Below, one piece after another: positions 14,094 through 27,966 of a DNA stretch of 64,000 nucleotides. Both the position numbers and the translations under genes were made by a program. The stretch is from the NCBI GenBank assembly GCA_964016885.1, contig OZ024744.1:7564001-7628000 (forward strand), read 5' to 3'. Source of the DNA: Eledone cirrhosa. Lineage: Eukaryota. The notes beneath the pieces were generated by a model. That model saw only the letters and a program-made list of their open reading frames with translations. It was not told where the DNA came from and did not search any database. Positions within the stretch are counted from its first letter, which is position 1. Every line of letters begins with the position of its first letter.

Positions 14094-16508
14094 ATGGATT
14101 ATTACATGAATTATTACAACATAACCAATTCAACTAAAGACATTCCTATACCTGGTAAATCTGAATTCACCAAACTTCTTATTGAAAAAACTGACTCCTT
14201 CGTAAGAAGACTTAGATGGACAGCCTATTTCTATGACCAGCGCCTAAAAGGGAACTTTCATACCAAAGAACACAACTTCCTCGATCATCTTTTTAATTCT
14301 AGACGAAATCCTCCTTCCAACAAAAATCTAGCACAATTCGAGGAAGAATTAACTAAAATTATAAAAAATCTTAAATTCAAGAGACACCCTTACAAAGGAC
14401 AAGAGCACCTTGTAAATCCCAAGAACACAATCTCTAACCTAAATTCCTCAAAAAATGTTTTAGTCCACTCTGACAAGACCAATAACCTATATGGTATTTC
14501 CAAGGATAATTATAACAACCTTATCCTAAAGGAACTTAGGAAAAAGTATCGTAAAACCAACCATGAAAATTTAGAATGCATAAACCTTGAAGCCTATGAG
14601 ATTATGTCAAAACTTGGCATTGAAAAAAAGACCGAACCATTCCTCCCAAGAACTCCGAGGATAAATCTCAAGGATCACAAAAACAATTTTCGCACTGAAC
14701 TACCTGTTAGATTAATCGCCCCCTCTAAATCCGATCTGGGGGTTGTTAGTAAAGCCATCTTGGATAGGATTATCCCACAGGTTAGTTCTAATTGCTCTTC
14801 TTTAAACCTAAATTTATGGTTTGGTACTTCTGAAGTGATTGGCTGGTTCAACAAATTGGATAATAAAAACAAACTAAAATTTATTCAATTCGATATTGCC
14901 AGCTACTATTCCTCCATTTCGCCTTCACTTCTCAATAATGCTCTATCTTTCGCACTTAAATATTCTGACATCACCACAGATGAACTTCACATCATCCTCA
15001 CCGCACGTAAAACCATCCTAGAGTTCAACAACGAATATTGGACCAGAGCCGATACCTCTAACAACTTCGACATCACAATGGGAGCATCCGATTCATCCCA
15101 ATTGACTGATTTAATTGGTATCTTCATTTTGAACTCTTTGAGTCGGAAAATTCCTCAACTTCGCGGTGGAATTTATCGTGACGATGGACTCTTTACTATC
15201 CTAAATTGCAATATAGTTAAACTTAATATTATTAAGAACAATATACGTAATCTCTTTAACCAACATAACCTCAAAATTGAATTTGATAATAGTATCAAAC
15301 TAGCTAATTTCTTGGATGTATCTCTTAATCTTGACACTGGCCTATATTACCCTTACCATAAAAACAATGAGAATCTTAATTATGTTAACTTTAAATCTAA
15401 CCATCCTACCAATATCAAGAATGCTATAGTTAATAATATTGGAAATAGAATATCTAACATATCTTCTAATAAAAACATCTTTGATGCTAACGCCAATTAC
15501 TATAATAACGCACTTTCTAAAGCCGGCTATCCAGATAAAATCAAATATAATAAAGAAACAAATTCTAGGAAAACTTACAGTAGAATATTTAATCATAACC
15601 ATTCCAATAATTTTAATAAAAGACCTAGATACAAAAACATAATCTGGTATAATGCTCCTTTCTCCATCTCTATTAATAACAATATTCCTAAATTATTTTT
15701 TAGTGCCTTAAATAAATGCTTCCCTCCCTCACATATCTATAGTAAAATATTTAACAAACACACCATCAAATTTTCGTATTCTACATCCTCCAATATTTCC
15801 AACATCATCTCTAAACACAACAACAAAATATTAAATACTAAATCTCTTCCTTCCAATATTGAATTTCATAATAACAGTAATAGTACTCCCGACGTCATTG
15901 TAAACCCTAGGCTAACTTCTGTAAACCCAAATGCAACGTCAAACACAACTTCGCTAAATGTTCATAATCCAACTCTAAATCAAGAAACTATTATTCCTAT
16001 TATTCCTATCGCAAACAACTTCTCCAATCCAATTCCTTCTATAGATAACACTAGATCACTCATTAATAATCTCTCTAATTGCAACTGCCGCATTAAAAAT
16101 AAATGTCCTCTCAACAACCATTGCCTCGATAAAAACTTAATTTATGAATGTAAAATTATAACTAGCACCAATTCCTTCACCTATTTTGGCTCCACTTCCA
16201 CCTCTTTTAAAGCTCGTCTCTATAATCATCATTCATCTTTCAAATACAAACTTAAAATAACTAACACTGCTCTCTTAGAACTCATATGGTCCTTAAAAGA
16301 CAAAAACATTAAATATAACATCTTTTGGAAAAAGATTTCTTCTGCATCCTCATACTTGAACAGCTCTCTATCTAAAATCTGTAATCTCTGCCTAAATGAA
16401 AAATTTACCATTATCTCTAACCTAGAATCCATAATAAATAGACGCTCAGATTTGTTTTCTATCTGCCTGCATAAATTCCATAGAACTTTTCACAAAGTAT
16501 ACAGTTAA
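14094..16508 (+). CDS. Penelope-like element polyprotein (reverse transcriptase + C-terminal GIY-YIG endonuclease), Nematis-like, ~804 aa, uninterrupted
   Basis: RT motifs [44 protein letters not shown]; linker CNCR...CPL...C; [27 protein letters not shown]; C-terminal CNLCLNEK. First plausible ATG at 14094 (alternative 14106); the ORF-track extension to 13902 is microsatellite. Confidence 0.93.
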   Translation: MDYYMNYYNITNSTKDIPIPGKSEFTKLLIEKTDSFVRRLRWTAYFYDQRLKGNFHTKEHNFLDHLFNSRRNPPSNKNLAQFEEELTKIIKNLKFKRHPYKGQEHLVNPKNTISNLNSSKNVLVHSDKTNNLYGISKDNYNNLILKELRKKYRKTNHENLECINLEAYEIMSKLGIEKKTEPFLPRTPRINLKDHKNNFRTELPVRLIAPSKSDLGVVSKAILDRIIPQVSSNCSSLNLNLWFGTSEVIGWFNKLDNKNKLKFIQFDIASYYSSISPSLLNNALSFALKYSDITTDELHIILTARKTILEFNNEYWTRADTSNNFDITMGASDSSQLTDLIGIFILNSLSRKIPQLRGGIYRDDGLFTILNCNIVKLNIIKNNIRNLFNQHNLKIEFDNSIKLANFLDVSLNLDTGLYYPYHKNNENLNYVNFKSNHPTNIKNAIVNNIGNRISNISSNKNIFDANANYYNNALSKAGYPDKIKYNKETNSRKTYSRIFNHNHSNNFNKRPRYKNIIWYNAPFSISINNNIPKLFFSALNKCFPPSHIYSKIFNKHTIKFSYSTSSNISNIISKHNNKILNTKSLPSNIEFHNNSNSTPDVIVNPRLTSVNPNATSNTTSLNVHNPTLNQETIIPIIPIANNFSNPIPSIDNTRSLINNLSNCNCRIKNKCPLNNHCLDKNLIYECKIITSTNSFTYFGSTSTSFKARLYNHHSSFKYKLKITNTALLELIWSLKDKNIKYNIFWKKISSASSYLNSSLSKICNLCLNEKFTIISNLESIINRRSDLFSICLHKFHRTFHKVYS

Positions 16509-16563
16509 TATTCAATTCTTTATCAATTTAGAATCTTTTCTCAAAGGCACATATACATACACC

Positions 16564-17620
16564 TCTTTAAAATATACCCATCTACCTTACTTTAAAGGGC
16601 ATTATACACTCTATAATACTCGTTTACTCATTACCCTCATTCTATCTTCTCGTAAAACAATAACATTTGTTTTTGACATTTTGAATATTCATCCGCAATC
16701 ATTATTATTTTTTCTCTCTATCATAAATCTTTTTAATCTCAATTTCATCCTTAATTTATTATTATTTTTTTTTTAATATATACCCATATATTCTTTAAAA
16801 AATATACCCATCTACCTTTCTTTAAAGGGCATTATACACTCTATAATACTCGTTTACTCATTACCCTCATTCTAACTTCTCGTAAAACAATAACATTTGT
16901 TTTTGACATTTTGAATATTCATCCGCAATCATTATTATTTTTTTCTCTCTATCATAAATCTTTTTAATCTCAATTTCATCCTTAATTTATTATTATTTTT
17001 TTCTCCCCATCAACGAATTCATTATTAATACATATGAATTCAATATACAAACTTTAACTTCACATTATTTTTCTCAAATCCTTCTACACATAAACCTTAA
17101 CATTTTTCTCTTTGCTATTTTTGAAATTGCCACTATACATACATTTCTTCTTTTGACGTTAGAATATTCACCCACAATTATTATTTTTTCTCTCTATCTT
17201 CATACATAATTTCCCTTCGTTAATTTTCAAATTCCTTTAATTTATACATTATCTTCCAACGGTTCCCAACCTCTCTATATTAAAACATTATATCTTTTTC
17301 TCAGTTATAAAAACTATCTCTTTCTCTCTATCACCCATCTCTCCCTTTCCACCTTCACTCTCATCTCCTCTCCCTTTTTTTCATCCTTTCAACCCCCCCC
17401 CCTCCCTAAATAAAATATTTTTTCCTCGCACATATCCTCCCTTCGTTAATTTTCAAAATTTTTAATTTATACAGTATCTTCCAACGGTTTTCAACCCCTC
17501 TATATAAAATATATCTCCTCTCAGTTATAAAACCTATCTCTTTCTCTCTATCACCCATCTCTCCCTCTCATCTCCTTCCCTTTTCATCCTCCCCCCCTCT
17601 CTAAATAAAATATTTTTCCC
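16564..17620 (+). repeat. Two tandem duplications in the PLE 3' UTR (~230 bp: 16564-16770/16792-17001; ~200 bp: 17197-17420/17424-17620)
   Basis: Near-identical direct repeats read directly, e.g. aatatacccatctacc...tttaaagggcattatacac occurs twice. Confidence 0.85.
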
Positions 17621-17712
17621 AATATCACACATCAATCTAAAACCACTTTTCATATGTTGATTTAAAACTGCACTATCAACAAGTGTTTTTTAGCCTTCAT
17701 ATCATGTTCTCC

Positions 17713-17783
17713 TGTTTTATCTGATGAAAACACAAATATTATTGTTTGATGATGTTTGTTTTTGAAATGCGCATAATAAAATA
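17713..17783 (+). ncRNA. Type I hammerhead ribozyme (family B) in the pLTR of the intact PLE
   Basis: Stem I TGTTTTAT/ATAAAATA; core CTGATGA; stem II AAACACAAATATTA/TGATGTTTGTTTTT; GAAA; palindromic stem III ATGCGCAT; AUA cleavage triplet. Confidence 0.85.
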
Positions 17784-17813
17784 TATGGAACTCCTTTAAC
17801 CATCTTTTGATCT

Positions 17814-17933
<120 letters not shown>

Positions 17934-17938
17934 GTATG

Positions 17939-18040
<102 letters not shown>

Positions 18041-18088
18041 TATATATATATGTATATATATTTATGTATATATATATATAAATATATA

Positions 18089-18231
18089 TGTGAGAAAAAC
18101 CACAGACCCTCCATCTCAACTCACCTTTTGAAAAGCAGAAGAGCTGCGAAACCGGTAAAAGAACCAAATAAATATATATATATATATATATTTAAAAAAT
18201 AAGACTCCAGTTGCATTTTCGATTTCATCTC

Positions 18232-18237
<6 letters not shown>
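18089..18237 (+). mobile_element. Solo family-J pLTR tip in (TA)n with U3-A8 hammerhead at 18124-18161
   Basis: Homologous to 46028-46172 and to the reverse complement of 20936-21080. Confidence 0.8.
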
Positions 18238-18284
<47 letters not shown>

Positions 18285-18826
18285 GAGGTAAATATCTCAT
18301 TGAGCACTAAGTACACACTGAGATATATAGGGTGTCTACAATATAATTGTTGTTCTATGGTACTAATTAGAGATACCAGAACTATAAAAATTGATGAGCA
18401 GAACAAAAAAAATTAAACAATCCTTTAAATAAATGAAAAAATAATTTAAATATCTACCTGTTCATAATGCTATTACAGGCGGTTTCCATCCACAAAGGAT
18501 TGGAAATTCGGGGAATTTCCAACGGAAAGTAGATTTCTTCAGATAGCTATTTCCATTCTATAGGACATTTGTCCCACGGTCAGCAAATATATTGCTAACT
18601 ACCAGTACGTATGGGCTATAGCCATTAAAGTGACCCGTACGTGATCTGGCCACTAGAGCAAGCGGGAATATTATAGACTTGTTGATGGCTTGGCTGCTAA
18701 AAAAATAGCAGTAAGCAACAACGAATTTTTTCTCTACATAGATTGGAGAATATATAAAAATGAGGTAAATATCTCATTGAGCACTAAGTACACACTGAGA
18801 TATATAGAGTGTCTACAATATAATTG

Positions 18827-18965
<139 letters not shown>

Positions 18966-19030
18966 ATATATATATACAACAATATGACCCTCCCTAAGTA
19001 TAACAATATATATATATATATGTATATATA

Positions 19031-19174
<144 letters not shown>

Positions 19175-19280
19175 GATATATATACATATATATATATATA
19201 TATATTGTTATACTTAGGGAGGGTCATATTGTTGTAATAATATTGCCAGAAATATTAACAAAATAAAAACCTCACAAAAC

Positions 19281-19359
<79 letters not shown>

Positions 19360-19552
19360 TGAATATGTCAATTTCAGAGTGTTGTAGCTTGCTTGAAGCA
19401 TTGCTTAAACTTGAAAATATTTGGGATCGTTAAATTTGCTAAGGTAAGATTCTTTTGTCATCTTGGCAATTTAACATTCTTCATACGCATTGTGTTGGTC
19501 TTCAAAAGCAAAATAAATATATAAAAATAAATTAAAAAAAATATATATATAT

Positions 19553-20151
19553 ATGCAAAAGTTTTATTTAAAATTGTTGTGTTACAACAAGTAAATATTT
19601 TATAACCGATATAAAGCACTCGACAAGTTTTTGGAGTAGATATACGATAGTAAAAAATGGAAACTATATTTATAAAACCATAATTATTTTTTTTTCTTTC
19701 TCTCCGTCTCTTCTCTAACTGTGCATAACACTATAACTAAATAATTACCGTACTCCCTCGCTCTTAAATCTCTCTATTTGTATGGTGAATTATTATTATT
19801 CATCTGTTGACTTCGGTTGCCTCTCTTTTTTCACCTCCTCCTTCTATCTCTCTCCCCTATTTCTCTCTATTTCTCCCTGTTTTTCTTTACATACATTTCT
19901 TCTTTCTCTCCGTCTTTCTTTATAACTGTGCTTAACACTATAACTAAATAATTATAAACACCTCACTACCAAGCCAGCTTCCTATCTTAATGGTGGCTTA
20001 TATTTATGGTACGTCAAAATTATTTATAAATCAGTTTATATATTGTATTTTATCTGACGAAGGCATGCCATATTTTTAATATGGTATCCCTGAAATATGT
20101 ATAATGAAATAAATATGGTTTTATAAATATAGTTTCTATTTGTTTACTATC
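19553..20151. mobile_element. Family-A fold-back; hammerhead at 20046-20111 (+)
   Basis: Inverted tail 19553-19684; direct arm with CTGACGA-AGGCATGCCA...TGGTATCCCT-GAAA-TATGTA-TA. Confidence 0.8.
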
Positions 20152-20169
20152 ATATATATATATATATAT

Positions 20170-20338
20170 ATTGTTATAATTAGGGAGGGTCATATTGTTG
20201 TAATAATATTTCCAGATATAACAGAACACACTCACTGTTTGGTTGGTTTTCGCTTCTGTATCTTTTATATCTCCATAGTTAATTTATTTGGCAATCAATG
20301 TTTAGCACTGATTGACCAACGGTTATAAATACAGATGT
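20170..20338. repeat. Family-L (TA)n-associated terminal repeat (also 18978-19008, 19204-19260, 27990-28206, 40403-40563, 40720-40748)
   Basis: Recurrent aacaatatgaccctcccta(a)gtataacaata abutting (TA)n in both orientations. Confidence 0.65.
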
Positions 20339-20673
20339 AAATATATATATATAGTCTATCAAAGTTCTTTCATTGCACATCTGCAACAACATCAGTGGTA
20401 CTATTATTATGTATTGTAATGTTTACGCCATTTGTATATATACACTCAATAGAGTGGGCGCCATATTTAATCTATTATAACTTTAGCAATTGATACCTCT
20501 TCAACAGACACTCTATGTAATAACATATAGAAATACTTTTAATGTGTAGATATATAGCATGCCGCAAAATGAATTCCATTTGTAATAAAAAATAAAAAGT
20601 TAAATCTATTTGTAAATAAGCAACATCGCGTTAGTTATATGATCAGTGTCCAGCAGATTACGAATCCTGTTAC

Positions 20674-20764
<91 letters not shown>

Positions 20765-21988
20765 AAATAGGATATATCATGATCATCATCATTTTACGTC
20801 CGCTTTTCCCCGCTTGCAAGGGTGGAACGGGTCCTCGTCTGTACACCATCTCTCCACTTGCCACGGTCCTTCGTCATCTCCACCGTAGAGCTTCAGCAAT
20901 ATGAGGTCTGCTCTCACCATATATATATATATATAAAGAAAAAAATATGAAATTGAAAATGCAACTGGAGTCTTATGTTAAAATATATATATATATTTAT
21001 TTGGTTCCTTTACCGGTTTCGCACTTCTTCTGCTTTTCAAAAGTAGAGTTGAGATGGAGGGTCTGTGGTTTTTCTCCCATCTGGTTGGTCTTTGAATGTT
21101 ACTTGTTTCATATGGAAAAAAGTGACTCGAAACGCCAGGTATTTAGAGAAGTAATTTGATTGGTTGTTCAATAAGTATAATAAATTTCGCGCTAAGTCGT
21201 GTTACAAAGTTCTTCAAACAAGTGTGTGGGGGGGGGGGGGGGCTCAGGTTGTTTTTTCATATATGAGTGAAGTTTGGTTGGTTGGTGCAGTCACGTGAAT
21301 AAGCACATCAGCCTTCGCGCCAGTTTGTTTGAATTTCTTTTTACTTTAAAAAAGGTGGCTCACGAAGGCTTTTTTTTAATAAATGTAATTTGATTGGTTA
21401 TAAATGAAATTATGGCTGTCACGTGAACAAGTTCCTTGGAAATTCGAGCCCGTATTTGGGAATTTATTTTGTAGCCTTTTAGAGAATTTTATGACAAACA
21501 AAAGATAATGGTCAAGAGAAATGAGATGGGAGAATTGTTCTGGTTCAGTGAATATGGTTAGTTCGCTGGGGTATCAGAATTCAGACTTTCTATTGAAATA
21601 AAGAAAGTAGAGATATGTATGTTTATTTGTGTGCTTGTGTGGTGTGTGTGTGTGTAGAGGAAGATGATTCTATTAGTAGAAATGGGGGAGGGAGTTGTGT
21701 GTGAGTATGGGAGTATGTTAAGCTGGAGAGAATATATATATTTTGTGTGAGTGTATGTGTGTAGGAAAGGGATTCTATTAGTAGAAATAGGGGAGGGAAT
21801 TGGGTGTGTGTGTGTGGGAGGGGTTATGCGTGTGTGTGGGGGGTGTTATGTGTATGTGTGTGAGTGTAGGGGAGTATGTGTGTGTGTATAGGTGTTATGT
21901 GTGTGTGGGAGTATGGTTAGCATGTTAGCATGAAGAGAATATATATTTTGTGTGTGTGTGTGTGTGGGTGAGTGTGTGTGTGTGTGTG

Positions 21989-24244
21989 TTAGTAGAAATA
22001 TTTTTGAATGAACATATTTACCTTATTTATTCGTATTTGTTCTGTTGTATTGTCAGCGCAAAGGTAAAATGGGAAGACTTGGAATTTGGGTGTCTTATTA
22101 CTTGCGCATATATCTAGATGTGCGCTTTGTGGTATCTGTCTCGTGGTTGGATCTCGTAATTGTTGTCGATGAACTGTCATTCTGTTTCTGAGTGTGAGTT
22201 TAGTTTGTCCAATATAATCTCCATTGCATCCTTTACATTTAATGGCATGAAGTAGATTTTTTGATGAGCAAGTGAAGTGATTTTTTACAGTAAAATTTTG
22301 TCCTGATTGAAATGTATACGTGTTGCCTTCAATGAGGTGAGTGCAGGTTCCACAATAAGAGCGACCACATTTTTTGACACTTGGTTGTGGGTTGTGGTAG
22401 GTAATTTGGCATTGGTGAGTAATGTTTTCAGTGATTTCGGTTGTCTTTTGCTTTTGATTATTTTGTGTGTTTCAAGGGTTTTTTCTTCTTGGGTTTTGTT
22501 TCAATAGTGGGATGTTCTTGTGAATAGTGCTGTAAGCTTCCGCATTTCTTGGGTTGTGTGTTGAGATATATGATAGAATATTGGACATACCTTAAATTTG
22601 TTTCTGTTTTCGTAATTCAACAATGCCTATTGCTTTAGCCGTTTCTATTCCATTATTCATTAGTAATGGTGGGTACTGTCTTTCGAGTAGAATTTCCTTT
22701 AATTCTTGAAGTCTTTTATTTCGCGTTTCATAATTGGAGACAATTGTGTAAATTCTTCTTGCTAGGTTAAAAGGAATGTTCGTCTTCGTGTGCTTTGGAT
22801 GGTTGGAGGTGAATAGCAGGTACTGTTTATCAGCTTCAATATTTGTGTCTTTTTTTAAGATTAAGATGTCCAGAAATGGGAGTTGATCTTGGCTGTATTC
22901 CATTGTGAATTGAATGTGGTTATTGATGCCGTTAATTAAATTTTTGAAAGCATTCAGTTGGTCGAATGTGGGGGACCAAAGAATGTGACAATCATCCAAG
23001 TAGCGTTTCCAATTCTCTGATAAATATTTGTGGCAGTTCAATCCGTATTTTGATTTGGACTGTTCATATATCTGGACTTCTAAGTATGCCATGACTAAGT
23101 CTTTTTGTTCCCATCGCAGTCCCCGATATTTGCTTGTAAGTACTGCCATCGAAATCAAAAATGTTGTTCTGTAAGATAAATTTTAATCCCTCGGTGATGA
23201 AGCTTTTTTCTATTCTGTCAGGTATCTCATTGGGATAATTCTCTAGTCAGAATCCTATTGCTTCTAGGCCGTATTGGTGTGAGATCGTTGTGTAGAGATT
23301 CACTACATCGAAAGACACAATAATAGTGTTGCTGTTGACATGTGGTGGTTTGGAGGTGGTTTAAGAGGTCCAGATCGTCTCTTACAAGGCTTGGTATGTG
23401 TTTGAGAATTGGTTTTAGTATAATGTCTATAAAGTTGCTCAGTCTGTGTATCTCCCATAGTGGGCTCGCTACAATTGGTCATAATTTAAGGTCTGTGGCG
23501 TATTGTGTGTTCACGCAGGGTGAGGTGGATTGTTTACAGGCATTGTCAATTATTTTACACTTGTGGATCTTCGGAAGTCCGTAAAGGTTGCTGGTTTTGT
23601 ATTCAAAATGTGTTAAATAATCGCGTTCCTTTTTAGTTAAGTCTTCCTGGTATCGACAAATCAGTGTGTTTAATCTGGTCATTGATTTTGATTGCTGGTA
23701 TTTTTTTACTCTTTCATAGTAATTAGTATTTTGTAAGAGAGAGAACATAGAATTTTTATATTTTTCAGCATCCATAATGACAACAGTACTTCCCTTGTCC
23801 GCTTCCTTAATTATAATGTCCGTATTTTTTATTTATTTCATGGATAATCTCCCATTCCCTTCGACTTGTGTTGGATTTGTGTTTAGGTTGCGGTAGTTTA
23901 TGGTATAGAAAAGTTGCTATGTGGTCACAAAATTTGTCCAGAACTCTGTTTCTACCTTTTGTTGGGTTGTAGCTGCTTTTATTCCGTTCAATTGATTGGT
24001 TGTTATTCTCCTTGTCAAAGAATTCCTCTGTGAGACGTAATTTTCTACAGAAGTGTGAGATATCGTCATTTATCTCATTGGGGTTAGAGTATTGTGGTGT
24101 TGGTGTGAATTTGAGTCCTTTAGAGAGAATTTTAACTTGTTGGGCTGAGAGGTTTGTATTTGAAAGGTTGATTATTTTCGGTTTTTCAAAATCGGTTTGT
24201 GCCACCGGGTGTCGTGGGTCCTGTAGCCTTGGTCTAAAAAATGA
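21989..24244 (-). pseudogene. Neptune-like RT + Zn-finger + GIY-YIG ORF broken by frameshifts and stops
   Basis: IINLS..LSKGLKFTPTP, LYGLPKIHK, VSFDVVNLYT, WKRYLDDCHILW, LPFLDI, CGRSYCGTC, IKCKGCNGDYIGQT..LRNRMTVHRQQ. Confidence 0.88.
24201..24241 (-). promoter_or_regulatory. Candidate programmed -1 ribosomal frameshift signal
   Basis: T TTT TTA (24241-24235) in the upstream frame, 7-nt spacer, GCTACAGG/CCGGTGGC hairpin (24227-24201); the -1 frame is the RT frame. Confidence 0.6.
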
Positions 24245-24273
24245 TTTTTCTGGAATGTTTTTTCCATGGTATT

Positions 24274-24348
<75 letters not shown>

Positions 24349-24351
<3 letters not shown>

Positions 24352-24700
24352 AAGTAAGTCCATAGAATCATTTGATAAAATATATACAGTATTTCTTCTC
24401 CCAATCAGCATAAATTAACCACACAAAAAATCAATTAAACGAGGCTATAAGCTTAAAATGTACCTATGAAGAAACAATAGATAAATAAATGATAGCTATT
24501 TTATCCGCGATCAACAGCCATAGAAGATTTACCTAGTATTTCTAATAGCCCGTAGAAATTGATTAGACATATAGCTAACCATACACAATTAGGTACCAAA
24601 TCAAAGTTAGAAGAAAAATGTACATGAACATACCAAAATTATGATTGGGAGAAGAAATACTGTATATATTTTATCAAATGTTTCTATGGACTTACTTTCT
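24349..24700. repeat. Fold-back insertion with ~60-bp inverted arms
   Basis: agaaagtaagtccatagaa...cttctcccaatca pairs with tgattgggagaag...ttctatggacttactttct. Confidence 0.75.
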
Positions 24701-24829
24701 TATATATTGCTCTGATTGTTGATTATTTAATTAATTAATTCGTCATTGAGCCACACCGTGAATGGTTGCCAAAAACACACATATAGAAATCTATGGCTCT
24801 GTCTAGTTTATGTATATGTAAATCTATAT

Positions 24830-24898
<69 letters not shown>

Positions 24899-24956
24899 AT
24901 ATATATATGTATATATAAATTTAGATTATATAAAGTGTGTATCTTTCGATTAATAC

Positions 24957-25001
<45 letters not shown>

Positions 25002-25123
25002 AGTATATGTTGGTTGTATACCAACACCTCAGTATGCAGATTGGAGCACTCGACGAAGTGCACAGGTTGGTTTGGTTATATACCTCAACAACATATGTAC
25101 TCGTCTCTACCACACTAATTCGG

Positions 25124-25178
25124 ACTGCCTGAAGAGGTCACAGCCAAAGATGGCTGTCACCGAAATATATATAGCAGT
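25124..25178 (+). ncRNA. Type I hammerhead ribozyme
   Basis: ACTGC-CTGAAGA-GGTcACAGCCA-aaga-TGGCTGTcACC-GAAA-TATATA-TA-GCAGT. Confidence 0.9.
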
Positions 25179-27925
25179 AATAAACGAAGCCAAATTTTAA
25201 ACATTTGACTTATTTATTTTATTTTATATATATATATATATATATATATGGGAAGGAGACAAATATCGATCGATACATAGATAGGAAAATGAAGTTTGTG
25301 ATATTTACAATTATATGTCTAATCAATTGTAGCAGTTGATAGGGTCATTTTAATAAAATATATATATTCCAATGAATATGAAGGCCCGTGGCTAACTGTT
25401 TGTCGTGCGGTTCGCATGATCATAATGTTTTCAGGTAAATACTCTGATTAAAAGTATTAATTGCGACGGCACTGGTTCCAAGTCCTCTCGGCTATTGCAT
25501 TTCCTATGGACACCATCAATGGTATGGTGAGGGGCGACTTCGTATGCATAGGCGACTCCTGAATTTCCACAAAATATCTTTCCACATTCAAACCCATGAT
25601 CAGTTATGGCTGTAGGAGGTGGGGGCTTCTCCTTTGTCCATCTTGACACAATCTTCATGTATTTGTAGGGAACGCCCAAAATAACAATCCCTCTTTTCTC
25701 AAACAATATTTTATGTTCAATTAAATACTTTTTAAGCTTGAAAGGTTTTTATGATGTTTCATATTATGCAACATAATATATAGTATCTTTGTGGAAACAT
25801 ATTTATCTCCTACAAAATGGACCACTATCAATATAATTAAAACACCAATCCCACCACTGCTCCAAATATCTTCCTTAACTTTAGTATAGAGATATTTTCC
25901 GAGGCAGATCAATTGTGTTTTCGGAATCTTCCCAAATAAGGTTTAAGGTTGTTTTCAGAGTATTTTGGTGTGGAAGGGTTCAGTCAGATATTCACAGATG
26001 TTTCGTTGACGTTTTCTGTCATCGGCCAATATTAGGGTGGAATTCCATTCTTTCTGGCTTACATAGAAATAAAGGCTAATACCTTTTGCATATCTATAAT
26101 GCAGTCAGACTTCTTTTAGAAGTGTCTAGGCTAACAGTATCTAAGTTATTCCAACTTTTTAAAACTATTTTATTTGAGTTAGGTTTAACTGTTCTTTACA
26201 GTAATCTGAGCAATCACGTAGATGACTCTTGTTTTATTCATCTAGGTGCAGTTTATTGCCCAGAGCTGGCTTTATTTTAGAATAGTAGGTATTCGCTTCA
26301 TACCAGAAAAACTGCATTCTAATGAGATAACGTTTGGCGTTACAACGAGAGCGCATCTGTTAAGACGTATTATTTCGTGGTGCAGGAAAGAAACTAAATA
26401 TCTATGCATGTTTTGCTATTCATTAGTTTTTACAAGAAAATTAACACCAGAGGAAATGTGAAAGTAAACAAATTGAAGTAGATAAATTGTTCTAATGTGC
26501 ATGAAATACATATTTCTAGCTGTTTTATTTTAATTTTGATACACACAATTTCATTCTTATCTCATTTAGATTGTAAACTGGGATTTAACGAGAATTTAAT
26601 ATGTATTGCTCAGTGCACTGCCTTCTTGAATAAATGAGATTTTAGAACGTTGTCATTTTCTTTTCAGCAATAATATTTATTATAAACTGGGTTTTTATTT
26701 CTAAACATCCAAAGATAATGTTGACGTAGAGGACAATCAAACGAGAAATAGAAAGATACATTTATTAACATATGAGAAATAAAATGAAATCAAGTGAAAG
26801 GATGATGTGTTTGTCATACTGAATGGCAACCATGGAAAGAATGGGTGAGCAGATTGGGGCAATAAAATGGGAGTGTATTTGAGTATAAGGTTAGATTCAA
26901 ACACGATGAAAACTGGGATGTAATTATACACTGGAAAATAAGAATGGAAAACATGAAAATCCATATGAAAATCGCTGTTACGCTACAAATTGGAAGACAA
27001 AACTTGTATCATAATTTCACGAAAACCTAATAATGTTTTATGAATAAATTTGTAATATTGAAAAGATTTATATAATAAAAGTTTTGAGTAATTTTGTGAT
27101 AACTAAAATTAGGACGTTTATTATAGCTCAGTAGTATCAGTGTGTATTATAAAGTTTGGTCTTGGCCTTTTAAATAAGACAGCTATGGCATACAACAGAA
27201 GTTGGTGTGGTCGTAAGGGGGCTGTAGTGACATACAACCTCGCATAAACCCCTCCCCCCTCCAGGTATGATCATTGCCAGAAAAAAGAGAGGGAGTGAGA
27301 AAATGCAAGAAAGCGACATCGGCAGAATTGACCGATACTGAAATTATATTTTATTTCATCGATCTAGAAAGGATTCAAGGCACAGTTGATCTCGGTGAGA
27401 TTTGAACTCAGAATGCAGAGAACTGTAACGAATACCGCAAAACATTCTACCCCACCTTCTGTTGACACTGGCAATTTACTAGGGGTTTTTAACATCTTAA
27501 AATAAGAGTAAAAGGTCATTGACTGACAATTCAATACAACGGATGTGGTTACCATTCTTTATATCCATTGTTGGCGTTACGGAAACGCTGGCGTAGATCT
27601 ACTTACCGACCAAGGTAATTTTAGAGTGTATATTTGTTTGGAGTTATCTAATTTTAGAAGCATTTGCTAAATTACTAAATCAATTATATATTAGATGTAT
27701 AATAATAAAAGTGGTATAAATAGATCACAATAGAGAACAGAGAAAAAACAGATTCGTTCATAAAGCAAGAAAATCAACATCAAAATACATTGAGAAACTG
27801 AATTGACAGATTGGAGTACAACTGGTGGAGGAAACCGTTCACGACTGTATACATAGATACACATGCATACACACATGCATACACGTACGTATACATGCAC
27901 ACACACACATACACACACACACACA

Positions 27926-27966
<41 letters not shown>

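Larger units (their letters stand above)
20936..24280 (-). mobile_element. Neptune-like Penelope element (family J), 5'-truncated and decayed, flanked by (TA)n
   Basis: RT+GIY-YIG remnants, (CA)-rich 3' UTR, pLTR with hammerhead at 21008-21043. Confidence 0.88.

Noticed and set aside
20352-20407. Possible minus-strand hammerhead (CTGATGT..GTTGCA/TGCAAT-GAAA)
   Set aside because: A9 is missing, stem III is not palindromic, stem I is mismatched, and there is only one copy. At best a relic.
21989-24244. Selenocysteine readthrough as in Naiad PLEs
   Set aside because: The breaks I traced are mainly frameshifts and non-TGA stops, the endonuclease is C-terminal, and no SECIS was recognised.
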